Shown piece by piece: positions 1 through 9,750 of a stretch of DNA of 27,876 nt. Source of the DNA: Bdellovibrionota bacterium FG-1 (GTDB taxonomy: Bacteria > Bdellovibrionota > UBA1018). The stretch is from NCBI GenBank assembly GCA_051382295.1, contig JBBCAW010000133.1:1-27876 (forward strand), in the 5' to 3' direction. Under the pieces are notes generated by a model. It saw only the letters and a list, made by a program, of their open reading frames with translations. It was not told where the DNA came from and did no database searches. Both the position numbers and the translations under genes were made by a program. Each line of letters opens with the position of its first letter. Position 1 is the stretch's first letter.

Positions 1-169
1 CCCCCGCGCCAGCACCGATCACCAGCAAAGCGGGAAAAATCAATGAAGTCGCAAGCGCACTGACTAGAATAGCCTGAGCCGGCTTGGGCGCTAAGGTTTG
101 AGTGCCTACAAAAGCACTCAAAGTGAGCGCGATCAACAAACGAACGGATAAAAATCGCCGACGGGACAT
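1..169 (-). CDS. 5' part of an exported protein (runs off the window start), possible Tat signal peptide
   Basis: Manual translation from ATG at 169: MSRRRFLSVRLLIALTLSAFVGTQTLAPKPAQAILVSALATSLIFPALLVIGAGAG, open to position 1. GGAGG lies at 182-178 with an 8 nt spacer. SRRxFL motif and AQA cleavage-like site. Confidence 0.7.
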   Translation of the reverse strand, partial: MSRRRFLSVRLLIALTLSAFVGTQTLAPKPAQAILVSALATSLIFPALLVIGAGAG

Positions 170-254
170 AGCAAAAACCTCCAAATGACTTGACGCGTAT
201 ACCCCAAATTAGCCGCTGCGCCTAGGAAATCTATAGACTAGAGGGGCAGTTTTC

Positions 255-2075
255 ATGAGTTTTGTGGTAAAACCAACTCAACCTATGAATTCCGACACTT
301 CCAAGCCATGGATTCACCCCTGGCTCACTTTTTTGATCGTCGTTTCAGCGGCGCTCATCACAGCCGCTTTTGTCTATTACTGGGAAATCTATTTTGACTC
401 CGATGTCGCCATGATTGGGCTCATCGGAAAAAGCATTTTGGAGCGTGGCGAGCACCCCATCTATGTCTGGTCGGTTGGTTATCAAGGAATGCTCATCGAG
501 GGCAATCTCGTCGCCTTGATGTTCAAGCTTTTTGGCGTGGGCCCGCGCGTGCTCAATTTCGGTCCAGCCCTACTCTACGGAATCTTTCTATTCACCTTTT
601 ATCGAGTTCTTAGGCCCGTTTACGGAAAAACCCAATCCCTGCTCGCGACTCTTTTGGTCGTCGTCAGTTCTCCGCTTTTGTACATTCGTCTAGTCAGAAC
701 CATGCCCAATTATCCCGAGATTTTTTTGATGGGCACCCTATTTTTCGGGCTTTATCACGAGTTTTTAAAACGTCATTATATTGCTCGAAAACCCATCAAA
801 AATCGAGACCTAATCCTCCCCTTAGGAATGGGCATCGTGGCAGGCTTTGGTATTTACACCTACGCTCAATTTTTCTTTTTTGCCGGCGCCGTTGGAATGC
901 ACGCTTTTTTACTCTATTGCCGCACGCTTTCTTTTTCAAATGGCCGCGAATTGTTATCCCTCTTATTAGCGCCCCAACGACAACTCCCCCGCGGCGCTGC
1001 TCGATTTACCCTCACCTGGCTCAATCGCCTTGCCCAAACCATCGCCTGCCTCGGAATGCTCAGTTTTATATTCAGCACCCAGGAATTCCACGTCGGGCAG
1101 CGCGGCTTTCGCTGGTCCGCTCTCACCGCCGCGTTTATCAGCGTGAGTTTCTGTGTTTTCTTCAATTTTGCGACGCTCGCCTGGACTCGTAGAGCCGAAT
1201 TACGACGTTTGGCTCCACTTGGAGCCGTTAGCTTAGCGGGGCTGGTTTTAGGGATTAGCCCGAAAATTTACTTCAACTGGATCCTGGGCCTAACGTCATC
1301 CAACCGAATGACCATCGGGGGAAACCCTTCGGACGTTTTCAAGCGCCTCCACCTCGCCCTCCAAGGTGGCTTGGGGTTTCTCAATCTCACTCCGCTCTCG
1401 CCGCTCGCTATCGTGGCGGGCCTTGGCATCGGTCTCAGTGCACTCGTGTTTTTCAGGCATTCACTGACTTCGGTCGCAGACTTTGTTTGCAGAAAATCAG
1501 ATCGGACGTCAATCCTTTCGATTCCCCCTTGGTTTTTCCTTTTTTGGGTGGTCTTGATCGGGTTTTGTCTGTCCGAAGCGCCTTCGGACATCGGCTCCGC
1601 TCGCTACACCCTCGTCCTGCTCCTCGTCTTTGCGATCAGCACCTCGTTCGCTGCCCTCTGGGCATTAGAAAGATCCAAATACGCAGTCTATGCCCTGTTC
1701 GCCCTGATCTTACTCAATAATGCTTTTGCCTTGAGTCGAGAGATTCAGGCAGTCAAACAACCCTTTGCGCATCTTGAAATCTTGGATTGGCTCAAAACAC
1801 GCCAAATTCACTATGCCTACGCCGACTACTGGTATGCTTATACCCTGGATTTTTTAAGCCAAGAGGAGATCATTGTCGAACCTCTTTACTCGACGTTTTG
1901 CCCCTATTATGGTCCTCTGGTCAAAAAAGCGACTCGTTTGGGCCTCATCGCCCCGAAATTAGACCCCATTCCAAAAGTCGGTCAGATTTTTTCGCTTCAC
2001 GAAAATTCTTTCCGTGTTTTAGATATTGGAAAAGCCTCCGGCGTTGATGTTCTGGTGGTTGAGAGGAACCTATGA
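255..2075 (+). CDS. Polytopic membrane glycosyltransferase, GT-C superfamily (ArnT/PMT-like, lipid-phosphate-sugar donor)
   Basis: 606 aa with many TM segments. Acidic DSDxA motif in the first extracytoplasmic loop, followed by [13 protein letters not shown] after a late TM; C-terminal soluble domain with YADYW. Translationally coupled to a DPM-like GT2. Confidence 0.75.
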   Translation: MSFVVKPTQPMNSDTSKPWIHPWLTFLIVVSAALITAAFVYYWEIYFDSDVAMIGLIGKSILERGEHPIYVWSVGYQGMLIEGNLVALMFKLFGVGPRVLNFGPALLYGIFLFTFYRVLRPVYGKTQSLLATLLVVVSSPLLYIRLVRTMPNYPEIFLMGTLFFGLYHEFLKRHYIARKPIKNRDLILPLGMGIVAGFGIYTYAQFFFFAGAVGMHAFLLYCRTLSFSNGRELLSLLLAPQRQLPRGAARFTLTWLNRLAQTIACLGMLSFIFSTQEFHVGQRGFRWSALTAAFISVSFCVFFNFATLAWTRRAELRRLAPLGAVSLAGLVLGISPKIYFNWILGLTSSNRMTIGGNPSDVFKRLHLALQGGLGFLNLTPLSPLAIVAGLGIGLSALVFFRHSLTSVADFVCRKSDRTSILSIPPWFFLFWVVLIGFCLSEAPSDIGSARYTLVLLLVFAISTSFAALWALERSKYAVYALFALILLNNAFALSREIQAVKQPFAHLEILDWLKTRQIHYAYADYWYAYTLDFLSQEEIIVEPLYSTFCPYYGPLVKKATRLGLIAPKLDPIPKVGQIFSLHENSFRVLDIGKASGVDVLVVERNL

Positions 2076-2824
2076 TCAATCAAAAGCGAATTGTTGTCGT
2101 GATGCCCGCTTATAACGCCGAAAGCACCTTATCCTCCACCTACGCCGAAATCCCCAAAAACATCGTGGACAAGGTGATCTTGGTGGACGACGGAAGCCGC
2201 GATCGAACCTTTGAAATTGCTCAACAGCTCGGACTTGAAACCTTCCGCCATATCAAAAACAAAGGATACGGGGGGAACCAAAAAACCTGCTACAAATTGG
2301 CCCTGGAGCACGGCGCCGATATCGTCGTCATGGTGCATCCAGACTACCAATACACTCCCCTTCTGATTACCGCGATGGCTTCCATGATCGCGTACGGGGT
2401 TTATGACACTGTTTTAGGTTCACGCATCTTAGGGAAAACCGCTCTTCAAGGTGGCATGCCGCTTTACAAATATATTTCCAACCGCATCCTCACTGCATTT
2501 CAAAATATTTGGATGGGCCAAAACATATCAGAATACCATACCGGTTTCCGGGCCTTTTCACGGCAGGTTCTGGAAAACCTGCCATTAGAAGCGAATTCGG
2601 ACGACTTTATTTTTGATAACCAGATGCTCACGCAAATTTGTTTTCAATCGTTTCGATTGGGTGAGGTTTCCTGTCCGACCAAATATTTTAACGAAGCTTC
2701 CTCGATTAATTTTATGCGCTCTGTTCAATACGGGCTAGGATGCCTGAGAAACTCAATTCTTTATCGCCTCGCAAAGTGGGAAGTTTACACACCACAGTTC
2801 CTCCGCGAAAAGGCGCCCTCATGA
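2072..2824 (+). CDS. Glycosyltransferase family 2, DPM1/ArnC-like polyprenol-phosphate sugar synthase
   Basis: VVMPAYN, VDDGSRD, NKGYGGN, VHPDYQY, VLGSR and TGFRAFSR motifs. ATGA overlap with the upstream gene. Confidence 0.9.
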   Translation: MINQKRIVVVMPAYNAESTLSSTYAEIPKNIVDKVILVDDGSRDRTFEIAQQLGLETFRHIKNKGYGGNQKTCYKLALEHGADIVVMVHPDYQYTPLLITAMASMIAYGVYDTVLGSRILGKTALQGGMPLYKYISNRILTAFQNIWMGQNISEYHTGFRAFSRQVLENLPLEANSDDFIFDNQMLTQICFQSFRLGEVSCPTKYFNEASSINFMRSVQYGLGCLRNSILYRLAKWEVYTPQFLREKAPS

Positions 2825-3786
2825 TTGAAGTTTGCCCCAATTGCCAGACTCCCAACTCAAAACGCCTATTTATGAACCACGATGCCTTGAGCGGTGAGAA
2901 TTTTGATATCTGTCGCTGCTTTCAATGCGGATTAGTCAGAACTGATTTGAAGAAGCCCCTTTCAGAGTTAGGCCATTATTACCCCGCTGAATATTATAAC
3001 GCGAATTCAGGGCGACTCAATCCCGTCGAAAACGTACTGCGCTGGTTTCGCGACGCACGAGCCCGCCGAATCATGACCCTCCATCCTCGCCCAGGACGCG
3101 TCCTAGATATCGGGTGCAGCCGTGGCATCATGCTCAACAAACTCCGAGATGAGGGGTGGGATCCTCAGGGAGTTGAACGATCAGAGACCTCGAGCCGATA
3201 CGCTCGCGAGGTCCTCGGACTGCCAGTCAAAGTCGCCCAGGATCTCAAAAGTTGTGAATTTCCCGACAGCCATTTCGACGTCATCACCCTTTGGCATGTC
3301 CTCGAACATCTAGCGGATTTTAAGGCAACCCTGGCGGAAGTTCGTCGCATTCTGAAACCCGGCGGGACGCTACTCGTCGAAGTGCCCAATCTCGGAAGCC
3401 TTCAAGCCCAACTTACCCAGGGTGAATGGATCCATATCGATGCCCCTCGGCATTTGATTCATTTTGACTACGAAACCTTGATCGACGCCCTCAAAGGGCA
3501 GGGGTTTAAGCCCTACGAAATTGGAACGTTATCGTGGGAAATGGGCCCCTTCGGCTTTTTGCAGTCCCTTTTCAATCGAATGACCCCTAAAAACACCAAC
3601 TTCTTGTATTGGCTTCTCAAAAACCGAGGTTCAGGAAGAGGCTGTCCCGTCGGGGCTTTATTTTGGAAACTTTTAGGGCTCCATCTCATTTTGTTATTTC
3701 CACTTGGCGTTTTTTCATTATTACTAGAAATCCATGCTGCCCTTCAGGCCCGCGGAAGCGTCCTTCGGGTGGTCTCACAAGATTAA
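2821..3786 (+). CDS. Class I SAM-dependent methyltransferase with N-terminal Cys4 zinc ribbon
   Basis: CPNC...[30 protein letters not shown] and PRHL motifs. Start moved to ATG 2821, which overlaps the GT2 stop as ATGA. Confidence 0.88.
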   Translation: MIEVCPNCQTPNSKRLFMNHDALSGENFDICRCFQCGLVRTDLKKPLSELGHYYPAEYYNANSGRLNPVENVLRWFRDARARRIMTLHPRPGRVLDIGCSRGIMLNKLRDEGWDPQGVERSETSSRYAREVLGLPVKVAQDLKSCEFPDSHFDVITLWHVLEHLADFKATLAEVRRILKPGGTLLVEVPNLGSLQAQLTQGEWIHIDAPRHLIHFDYETLIDALKGQGFKPYEIGTLSWEMGPFGFLQSLFNRMTPKNTNFLYWLLKNRGSGRGCPVGALFWKLLGLHLILLFPLGVFSLLLEIHAALQARGSVLRVVSQD

Positions 3787-3795
3787 AGGGAACCC

Positions 3796-5187
3796 ATGCC
3801 AGAATTTAAAAAACCAGGTCGCCGAACCATTATTGAACCCTTTAAGATCAAGGTCGTCGAACCTCTTCCTTTTACGAGTCGCAAAGAACGCGAGGAAGCC
3901 CTTCAAGAGGCGGGATACAACCTTTTTCTCGTACCGGCGCGAAAAGTCACCTTTGATTTCTTGACCGACTCGGGCACGACCGCGATGAGCGCCGAGCAAT
4001 GGGGCGCCATGATGGTGGCCGACGAGAGCTATGCGGGCTCTCGCAGTTTTGAAAAATTTGAACGCGTGGTTAAAAAGCTCACGGGCTACACCTATGTGAT
4101 CCCCACTCACCAAGGGCGGGCTGCTGAGCGCTTGCTTTTTGGCACGATCGTCAAACCGGGAATGAAGATCCCCTCCAATAACCATTTCGACACGACCCGG
4201 GCCAACATCGAACAACTCGGGGGTGAAGCAATCGATCTCGTCATTGAAGAGGGAAAACAGCCGCAAAATCCCCACCCCTTCAAGGGGAATATCGATATTG
4301 CCAAACTCAACACATTTTGTGCCGAGCACAAAGACAAAATTCCGTGCGGCATGCTGACGATCACCAATAATACAGGCGGTGGCCAGCCAGTTTCGTTGGA
4401 TAACATTCGCCAGGCGGCTGAAGTCTACCATCGTTATGGTATCCCCTTCATTATGGATGTTTGCCGTTTTGCAGAAAACAGCTATTTCATCAAGACGCGC
4501 GAACCGGCTCAAGCGGGCCGATCCGTGCGCGAAATCGCCCACGAAACCTTTTCGCTCGCCGATGGCTGTATGATGAGCGCCAAAAAAGACGGTCTAGTCA
4601 ACATCGGCGGTTTCATTGCGCTGAAAGACTCCAAGTGGGTCGAACAACTCCGCAGCCTTTTGATCCTCACGGAGGGCTTTCCAACTTATGGCGGACTTGC
4701 AGCACGCGATCTCGAGGCCTTGGCAGTTGGCCTCGAAGAGGTTCTAGAGGAACACTATCTTTCCTACCGGATCGCTGTCAGTCGTTATATGGCGGAGGGG
4801 CTCAATCGGGTCGGTATTCCCACGGTGCAACCCGCAGGCGGGCACGCGGTTTACATCGATGCCAAGGCCTTTTTACCCCATATTCCACCCGAGCAGTTTC
4901 CAGGGCAAACGGTTGTATGTGAATTCTATCTAGAAGAGGGGGTCCGTTCCTGCGAAATTGGGTCGGTCATGTTTGGTACAACTCTCAACGGCCGGTTTCA
5001 ACCCGCTTCGATGGAACTGGTTCGCCTCGCCTTTCCGCGTCGGGTGTATACTCAAAGTCATTTTGATTATCTATTAGAGGCTGCCACGGAACTCGCCGCC
5101 CGAAAAAATGAAATGCGGGGTCTAAAAATGGTACATGAACCGCCATTTTTGCGGCACTTCACCGCTCGGTTTTCGCCTTTGCGCTGA
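3796..5187 (+). CDS. tnaA: Tryptophanase (PLP-dependent beta-eliminating lyase)
   Basis: DFLTDSGT, DESYAGSRSF, PTHQGRAAE, MSAKKD (PLP lysine) and PRRVYT motifs. Residues HFDTT, EIG and LRHFTA match tryptophanase rather than tyrosine phenol-lyase (FTTT, ERG, LRFFTA). Confidence 0.9.
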   Translation: MPEFKKPGRRTIIEPFKIKVVEPLPFTSRKEREEALQEAGYNLFLVPARKVTFDFLTDSGTTAMSAEQWGAMMVADESYAGSRSFEKFERVVKKLTGYTYVIPTHQGRAAERLLFGTIVKPGMKIPSNNHFDTTRANIEQLGGEAIDLVIEEGKQPQNPHPFKGNIDIAKLNTFCAEHKDKIPCGMLTITNNTGGGQPVSLDNIRQAAEVYHRYGIPFIMDVCRFAENSYFIKTREPAQAGRSVREIAHETFSLADGCMMSAKKDGLVNIGGFIALKDSKWVEQLRSLLILTEGFPTYGGLAARDLEALAVGLEEVLEEHYLSYRIAVSRYMAEGLNRVGIPTVQPAGGHAVYIDAKAFLPHIPPEQFPGQTVVCEFYLEEGVRSCEIGSVMFGTTLNGRFQPASMELVRLAFPRRVYTQSHFDYLLEAATELAARKNEMRGLKMVHEPPFLRHFTARFSPLR

Positions 5188-5241
5188 CGTCAATCACTTG
5201 GCATCAACCGCATCAGTAGAAAATATTTTAATCAGCAACAG

Positions 5242-5297
5242 TGCTCCTTCTTACTTGGCCCAACCGAAATGACCAGGCTAAGATAAGAAGGTGAGCA
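5242..5297 (+). promoter_or_regulatory. Long hairpin covering the ribosome-binding region and start codon of the HD-GYP gene
   Basis: TGCTC 5242-46 pairs with GAGCA 5293-97, CTTCTTA 5247-53 with TAAGAAG 5284-90, and CTTGGCC 5254-60 with GGCTAAG 5276-82 (one G-U). 15 nt loop. Confidence 0.6.
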
Positions 5298-6742
5298 ACG
5301 CCCCCCCAACCACAACGACCACCGCCCCCACTCAGGATATCCGAATCTTGGTGATTGACCCTGATGAGAAGTTTGGAAATCGCCTACGCGACGACCACGC
5401 CATCGCCGGCGGCAAGCCGATCGCAAAAACGCCGCAACCCGTATGGGGTACGTCACTCCGCGAAACCCAGAAATTTCTATCAGATCGAGATTTTTCCTAC
5501 GTCGCAATTTTTATTAATCCAAGCATCGGACATCCGAGTTGGACCGCCTGCATAAAAAACTCCCATCAATATCGCCCTGGCATGCCGGTTTACATCATGT
5601 ATGATGAGCCCCCCAAGGGCGTGACTCCCGAGCAACAGAAAGAGCTGGGTGTGACAGGGTTTGTGAAACTCCCCCTGGATTATCGGGAAATACTCAAAAT
5701 TTTGAGTCACGAAAGAGAAGTCCCCGTCGGACTCGGCGCCCAAGGCGAGCCGATTCATGCTCAACCCGCAGCCCCTGTGGAGCCCCCTCAAAAAGGGTTA
5801 GCGCTCAAGGACTCCGATCTTCTGACGGTGAATTTAAAAAACCGGATTGGGAGCGTGATTTCGCCCTTTGATCTTTTTATTAAACTTTCCAATGGCCGCT
5901 ATGTGCAGATCTCCAAAAGTGGCGACAAACTCACGCAAGATCGCTTGGACAAATATAAAGAACATGGCGCGGAAGCGCTCTACGTCTTAAAAAGCCAACA
6001 AGAGGGTTATCTTAAATTTTGTGACGAAGTCGTCGCGAATTTCATCAGGGATCCTAAAATTCCGATCAGCGAAAAAACCGCTGAGGTTGCGCGCTATGGA
6101 GAAGAAACCGTCAGTTACTTAAAGAATGCAGGATTTACCCCCGCCACGCTCAAAAGAGCGGAGGAGTACGTGGCAAAAATCACGGAAACGATCGGGACGA
6201 TTGCGGTAGGTTCGGGGGATATCAAGGCCTGGTTTGAGAATGTGCTCACGCTTGAACACGCCGTTGGCGTAACGACGATCGCGGGTGTGTTCCTAAAGAA
6301 CATCGGGGTTCTTAAGCCGGAAACCTATCAAGCCGTAGGCATTGCCTGCTTTTTACACGATATCGGGCTCATTGGCATGCCCGCCGAGGTCCTCGAGGAA
6401 GACGAATCCAAAATGACCGCCGACCAGAAAAAGATGTTCCGGGAACACCCGATCATCGGCGGAAAAAAGCTCGCGCAGGATAAGACGCTTCCCCCAGGGG
6501 TGGCCAAGGCCGTGGAGCAACACCATATTCGAGCCAATGGGGGATTTCCCTCTCATCCAGGGGTACAAGAACTCAGTATCATGGCCGAGATCATAGGTAT
6601 TTCAGAGGATTTTTTTTGGCTGCTGAAGAAAGCCAAAGCCAATCCTCGGCTCGACCCCCTTCAAGCCATTCGAGAAATCGCCCTGAAGGATTACTCAAAG
6701 ACTTTGGCGTCTGGCTTTCTGAAGACATTGCAAGAAAAGTAA
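5291..6742 (+). CDS. HD-GYP-family protein (degenerate motif) with N-terminal receiver-like domain
   Basis: EHAVGV, FLHDIG, EHPIIG and HHIRANGGFP. N-terminal ILVIDPD receiver-like pattern. GTG 5291 is the first start after the in-frame TAA at 5279. Confidence 0.8.
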   Translation: MSNAPPTTTTTAPTQDIRILVIDPDEKFGNRLRDDHAIAGGKPIAKTPQPVWGTSLRETQKFLSDRDFSYVAIFINPSIGHPSWTACIKNSHQYRPGMPVYIMYDEPPKGVTPEQQKELGVTGFVKLPLDYREILKILSHEREVPVGLGAQGEPIHAQPAAPVEPPQKGLALKDSDLLTVNLKNRIGSVISPFDLFIKLSNGRYVQISKSGDKLTQDRLDKYKEHGAEALYVLKSQQEGYLKFCDEVVANFIRDPKIPISEKTAEVARYGEETVSYLKNAGFTPATLKRAEEYVAKITETIGTIAVGSGDIKAWFENVLTLEHAVGVTTIAGVFLKNIGVLKPETYQAVGIACFLHDIGLIGMPAEVLEEDESKMTADQKKMFREHPIIGGKKLAQDKTLPPGVAKAVEQHHIRANGGFPSHPGVQELSIMAEIIGISEDFFWLLKKAKANPRLDPLQAIREIALKDYSKTLASGFLKTLQEK

Positions 6743-6772
6743 AAGTCCAAAAAGAAGAGCAAGGAAGCAAGC

Positions 6773-7156
6773 ATGGCTAAGATCCTCATCGTCGAAGATT
6801 CCGCTACCATGAGAAACAACGTGGTGCGTTTATTGAGGGCCACTAAAAAAGGATATGAGTTTGCCGAGGCGATTAACGGAAAGGAGGCCCTCGCCTGTTT
6901 GAGCGAAACCCGACCCGATTGTATTCTTTGCGATATCCTCATGCCCGTGATGGACGGACTCACCTTTCTGGAGTCTTTAAAAGCCGCTGGCATCAAGATT
7001 CCGGTGATTATGCTGACCGCTGACATTCAGAATCAGGTCAAAGCAAGGTGTTTGGAGTTGGGAGCACTGGCCGTCCTCACCAAACCGATGTTTGGTTTAC
7101 CAACCGAATTGCTTGAAGCCATTGAACAGGGGGTTAGCAGTGGAAGACAGCTATAA
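6773..7156 (+). CDS. Single-domain response regulator (CheY-like receiver)
   Basis: ILIVEDS, DILMPVMDG (phosphoacceptor Asp), MLTAD and KP motifs. AAGGA upstream. Confidence 0.92.
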   Translation: MAKILIVEDSATMRNNVVRLLRATKKGYEFAEAINGKEALACLSETRPDCILCDILMPVMDGLTFLESLKAAGIKIPVIMLTADIQNQVKARCLELGALAVLTKPMFGLPTELLEAIEQGVSSGRQL

Positions 7157-7823
7157 CCCCCTAGGGCAGGATGGCTATTACGAGAAAGCTTTGGGGGCCT
7201 GCCTGGAACTCGCGATGGATGAATTCAAGAAGGCCAATGCCACCTCTGGCGCAACTGACTCGACTCCGTCAACTCAAGTAGACTTAATCCCCATTCGCGA
7301 GGGGTCCAAACGCCTCACCTCCACTTGGGGAATGGATTGCTCGGCGGTCACGCTTAATTTTGAAGGGGCAATTTCAGGACTTGCCGCGATCGTTCTGACC
7401 GACAAGATGGCTCTCAATATCGCGGCCAAATCCACCGGTTTGGATCCTTCAGACCCGGCCCTTCTGGAATGTAAGGCAGATGCGATTCGAGAATTTGGAA
7501 ACATCGTCGTCAATCGAGTGGTCGGAAGCATCAGCAACCAACTCGGAACTCTCGTTAAGTTTTCGAATCTCAAGATATCGCCGGACCCTGATGAGGTCTC
7601 TGACGAAGAGGTCATTGTTTACACTGAAAACGTGATCAAGACGATTTTTCAGTTCACCAAAACGATCACCACGGACCTGGTTTATTGGGCCAGAAGGACG
7701 ATCGAAATCCCCATCATTCAGAGCAATATCGATTTATTGATTCTTTTTGACGACACCCCTGAATTTCGCGCAAAAGTCATGGAAATCAGCATGAATGCGT
7801 CGGACTTATGGGAAGATGAGTAG
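7140..7823 (+). CDS. cheC: CheC-like phosphatase
   Basis: DAIREFGNIVVN (E-x2-N site) and FEGAISG strand typical of CheC/CheX. Follows a CheY-like gene. Start set at GTG 7140 behind AGGGGG. Confidence 0.7.
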   Translation: MEDSYNPLGQDGYYEKALGACLELAMDEFKKANATSGATDSTPSTQVDLIPIREGSKRLTSTWGMDCSAVTLNFEGAISGLAAIVLTDKMALNIAAKSTGLDPSDPALLECKADAIREFGNIVVNRVVGSISNQLGTLVKFSNLKISPDPDEVSDEEVIVYTENVIKTIFQFTKTITTDLVYWARRTIEIPIIQSNIDLLILFDDTPEFRAKVMEISMNASDLWEDE

Positions 7824-8615
7824 GACCTCGACGAGTTCTAACAGTCTTTGAAGAAGGTTCCCCTCAATATCTTCGCTTGAGAAGTTACGAGATAGAAGTT
7901 CTTGACGAGCATTTTCAATATCCCACTGTGCGGACTCCCCACTCGCCAACGCACAGAGCATGTGCCGTATTTGAGTTGCCTCTGGTTGGGCTTTCAGCCG
8001 GGTCCAGAGCGGATCCAAATCAAAGTGTGTTCCTTTTTCCACTAGACCCGAGGCCAACTCGATCATGTCGGCGAGATCCTTAATTCTCCGAACTGGATCG
8101 TCCAGATAAGAAGCTCGCTTCAATGCCCACATGCCAAATGGATTAGGAAACCATACGCGAGAAGTAATCGGAAATGCTTCTTGTGCCGCAAACGCAAAGC
8201 CAGCAAAAGAAAACCCCTCACCGGCACCCATTGTGCGAATAGCTTCTCCAGAGCTAACAGTGGCGCTCGCGGGATGAGCGAGGAGGTCAATGTAGGTCAT
8301 GCCGCCAGGAATGGGTGTCGGCGAAAAATAACGATATTTTGGCCCGGTTTCTTGATGATTATAACCATTCGCGATGAGCGCATCACGGATAGATGTATAG
8401 TCGTGGGCCCCACTCACCAAACCGACACTGAGATCAAGATCACCTGTTTTTCGGCTAAACTTTGGAAGCCACTCCAGCTCCTGATAGATCTCAAAAACCC
8501 CCGCTCCGATCATCAACGTATCAACCGAGGCACTCCTCAGTACGATGTCTAGGGCCGGAAGCTGGACTGTCATATGAGTAAGCCATTTTTGAATCTTTCC
8601 CTGATCTATTTTCAT
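7806..8615 (-). CDS. Nucleotidyltransferase, AbiEii/COG4849-like putative toxin
   Basis: LMIGAG...RKTGDLDL pol-beta NTase signature, IDLL third acidic strand, ALK and KDLAD C-terminal motifs. ATGA-coupled to the upstream gene. Confidence 0.78.
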   Translation of the reverse strand: MKIDQGKIQKWLTHMTVQLPALDIVLRSASVDTLMIGAGVFEIYQELEWLPKFSRKTGDLDLSVGLVSGAHDYTSIRDALIANGYNHQETGPKYRYFSPTPIPGGMTYIDLLAHPASATVSSGEAIRTMGAGEGFSFAGFAFAAQEAFPITSRVWFPNPFGMWALKRASYLDDPVRRIKDLADMIELASGLVEKGTHFDLDPLWTRLKAQPEATQIRHMLCALASGESAQWDIENARQELLSRNFSSEDIEGNLLQRLLELVEVLLIFP

Positions 8616-9688
8616 TTGAGCACCTGCTTCAACATTTCGACTTGCACTTCCATCAGCCTAGCGTCTCCATAAGAAAGATCCCATATTGCGCGAAATACGT
8701 TTACCCTACTCAATCCTTCCTGAGTTGCGAACTGAAGGCCATGGTCCGGCAAATGAGCTAGAATCGCTTCACGCCGAAACCCATGAAGGGGACTCGCAAG
8801 AAACCATGTTGGACTATTTCGTTCAATGCCGGGGACCAGACGAAGGTCTCTTTTTAGAGTCTGTAAGCCTACCGAAGTGCCCCAGACTGTACAATCTTGA
8901 TCCCGCAAAAAACCCTTCTTTTTGGCCAGTTCTGTTGGGCCAGGAGCGAGTTGATCATTTTTATCCGATAGAATGAATGAATTAAATTTCTCAAGTTTCG
9001 CTTCCTCCGATTGATTTAATACAGAATGATAAGGTTTGGCGTGGAAAAAAAATGGGGTAAATACTCGTCGTATTGCAGGATAGCGGAGCGCTGATATCCA
9101 CCAATCGATGGAAAGGTTACTCACTGCATCGCGCAGTTCCATTAAACTGTGCACCCGCATGGATGACATCAAGGTACTGAGCTTTGGCTGGTAAAGGTCA
9201 AAAGATTTTGCAAATTGGAGTCCCGAACTGAATCCCCGCAGCTGGTTCTGTGGCAGTCTGAAAAGAACATCCAGTATGGCAAAGGCGTTTGGGCTCACTA
9301 GATCCGTCGGTTTTTTGGGAACGTGCTGGTCGCCGACTGTTCTTAACCATGCCGGTGATGTCGGCTGAGTGTGCCTTTTCCGGCGCGAGATGGCTTCGAT
9401 GGGTTCAATCGAAAGGACACTCTGTTTACGAACTAAGTAAAGACTACCGTCGGAAGTAAGGTAACTCATGTTGCATGTGCGACACAGCTCCTTTTCTTGA
9501 GAACTGAGCCTGGGGCTTAGGATTCCTTTGGATGAAAAATCAGCTTGAAAGACATCGGATAGGCGCGCTTTGGCGAATGGGATGCCGCCTATCCAAAGAC
9601 GAGCGCCATCACAATGAGAAGGGATGGAAAGTCCCTCAAATTTCTTGAGGCGATCCAGCACTTTAACGTAGGAAGCCAGATCAGTCAT
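8612..9688 (-). CDS. Putative type IV antitoxin / transcriptional regulator, AbiEi_2 (DUF2186)-like
   Basis: ILSPRLS..EKELCR...MSYLTSDGSLYL, a central HTH-like segment (QFAKSFDLYQPKLSTLMSSM) and C-terminal IWDLSYGDARLME resemble AbiEi_2 by recall. Start at ATG 9688 with AGAGGT 6 nt upstream. Confidence 0.62.
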   Translation of the reverse strand: MTDLASYVKVLDRLKKFEGLSIPSHCDGARLWIGGIPFAKARLSDVFQADFSSKGILSPRLSSQEKELCRTCNMSYLTSDGSLYLVRKQSVLSIEPIEAISRRKRHTQPTSPAWLRTVGDQHVPKKPTDLVSPNAFAILDVLFRLPQNQLRGFSSGLQFAKSFDLYQPKLSTLMSSMRVHSLMELRDAVSNLSIDWWISALRYPAIRRVFTPFFFHAKPYHSVLNQSEEAKLEKFNSFILSDKNDQLAPGPTELAKKKGFLRDQDCTVWGTSVGLQTLKRDLRLVPGIERNSPTWFLASPLHGFRREAILAHLPDHGLQFATQEGLSRVNVFRAIWDLSYGDARLMEVQVEMLKQVLK

Positions 9689-9750
9689 TGCGATACCTCT
9701 GTGATTGATATTAGCGCAATAACTATATAACCACAATAGTTCATCAACTC

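Noticed and set aside
3775..4542. 255 aa minus-strand ORF antisense to tnaA
   Set aside because: Lies on the reverse frame of a highly conserved gene and has no motif; typical shadow ORF.
3796..5187. Tyrosine phenol-lyase call
   Set aside because: Specificity residues match tryptophanase.
7806..8615. NTase as a CBASS cyclic nucleotide synthase (CD-NTase)
   Set aside because: Motif spacing (IGA...RxTxDLD, KD) fits the AbiEii/COG4849 type, and no Cap effector or ancillary genes are adjacent.
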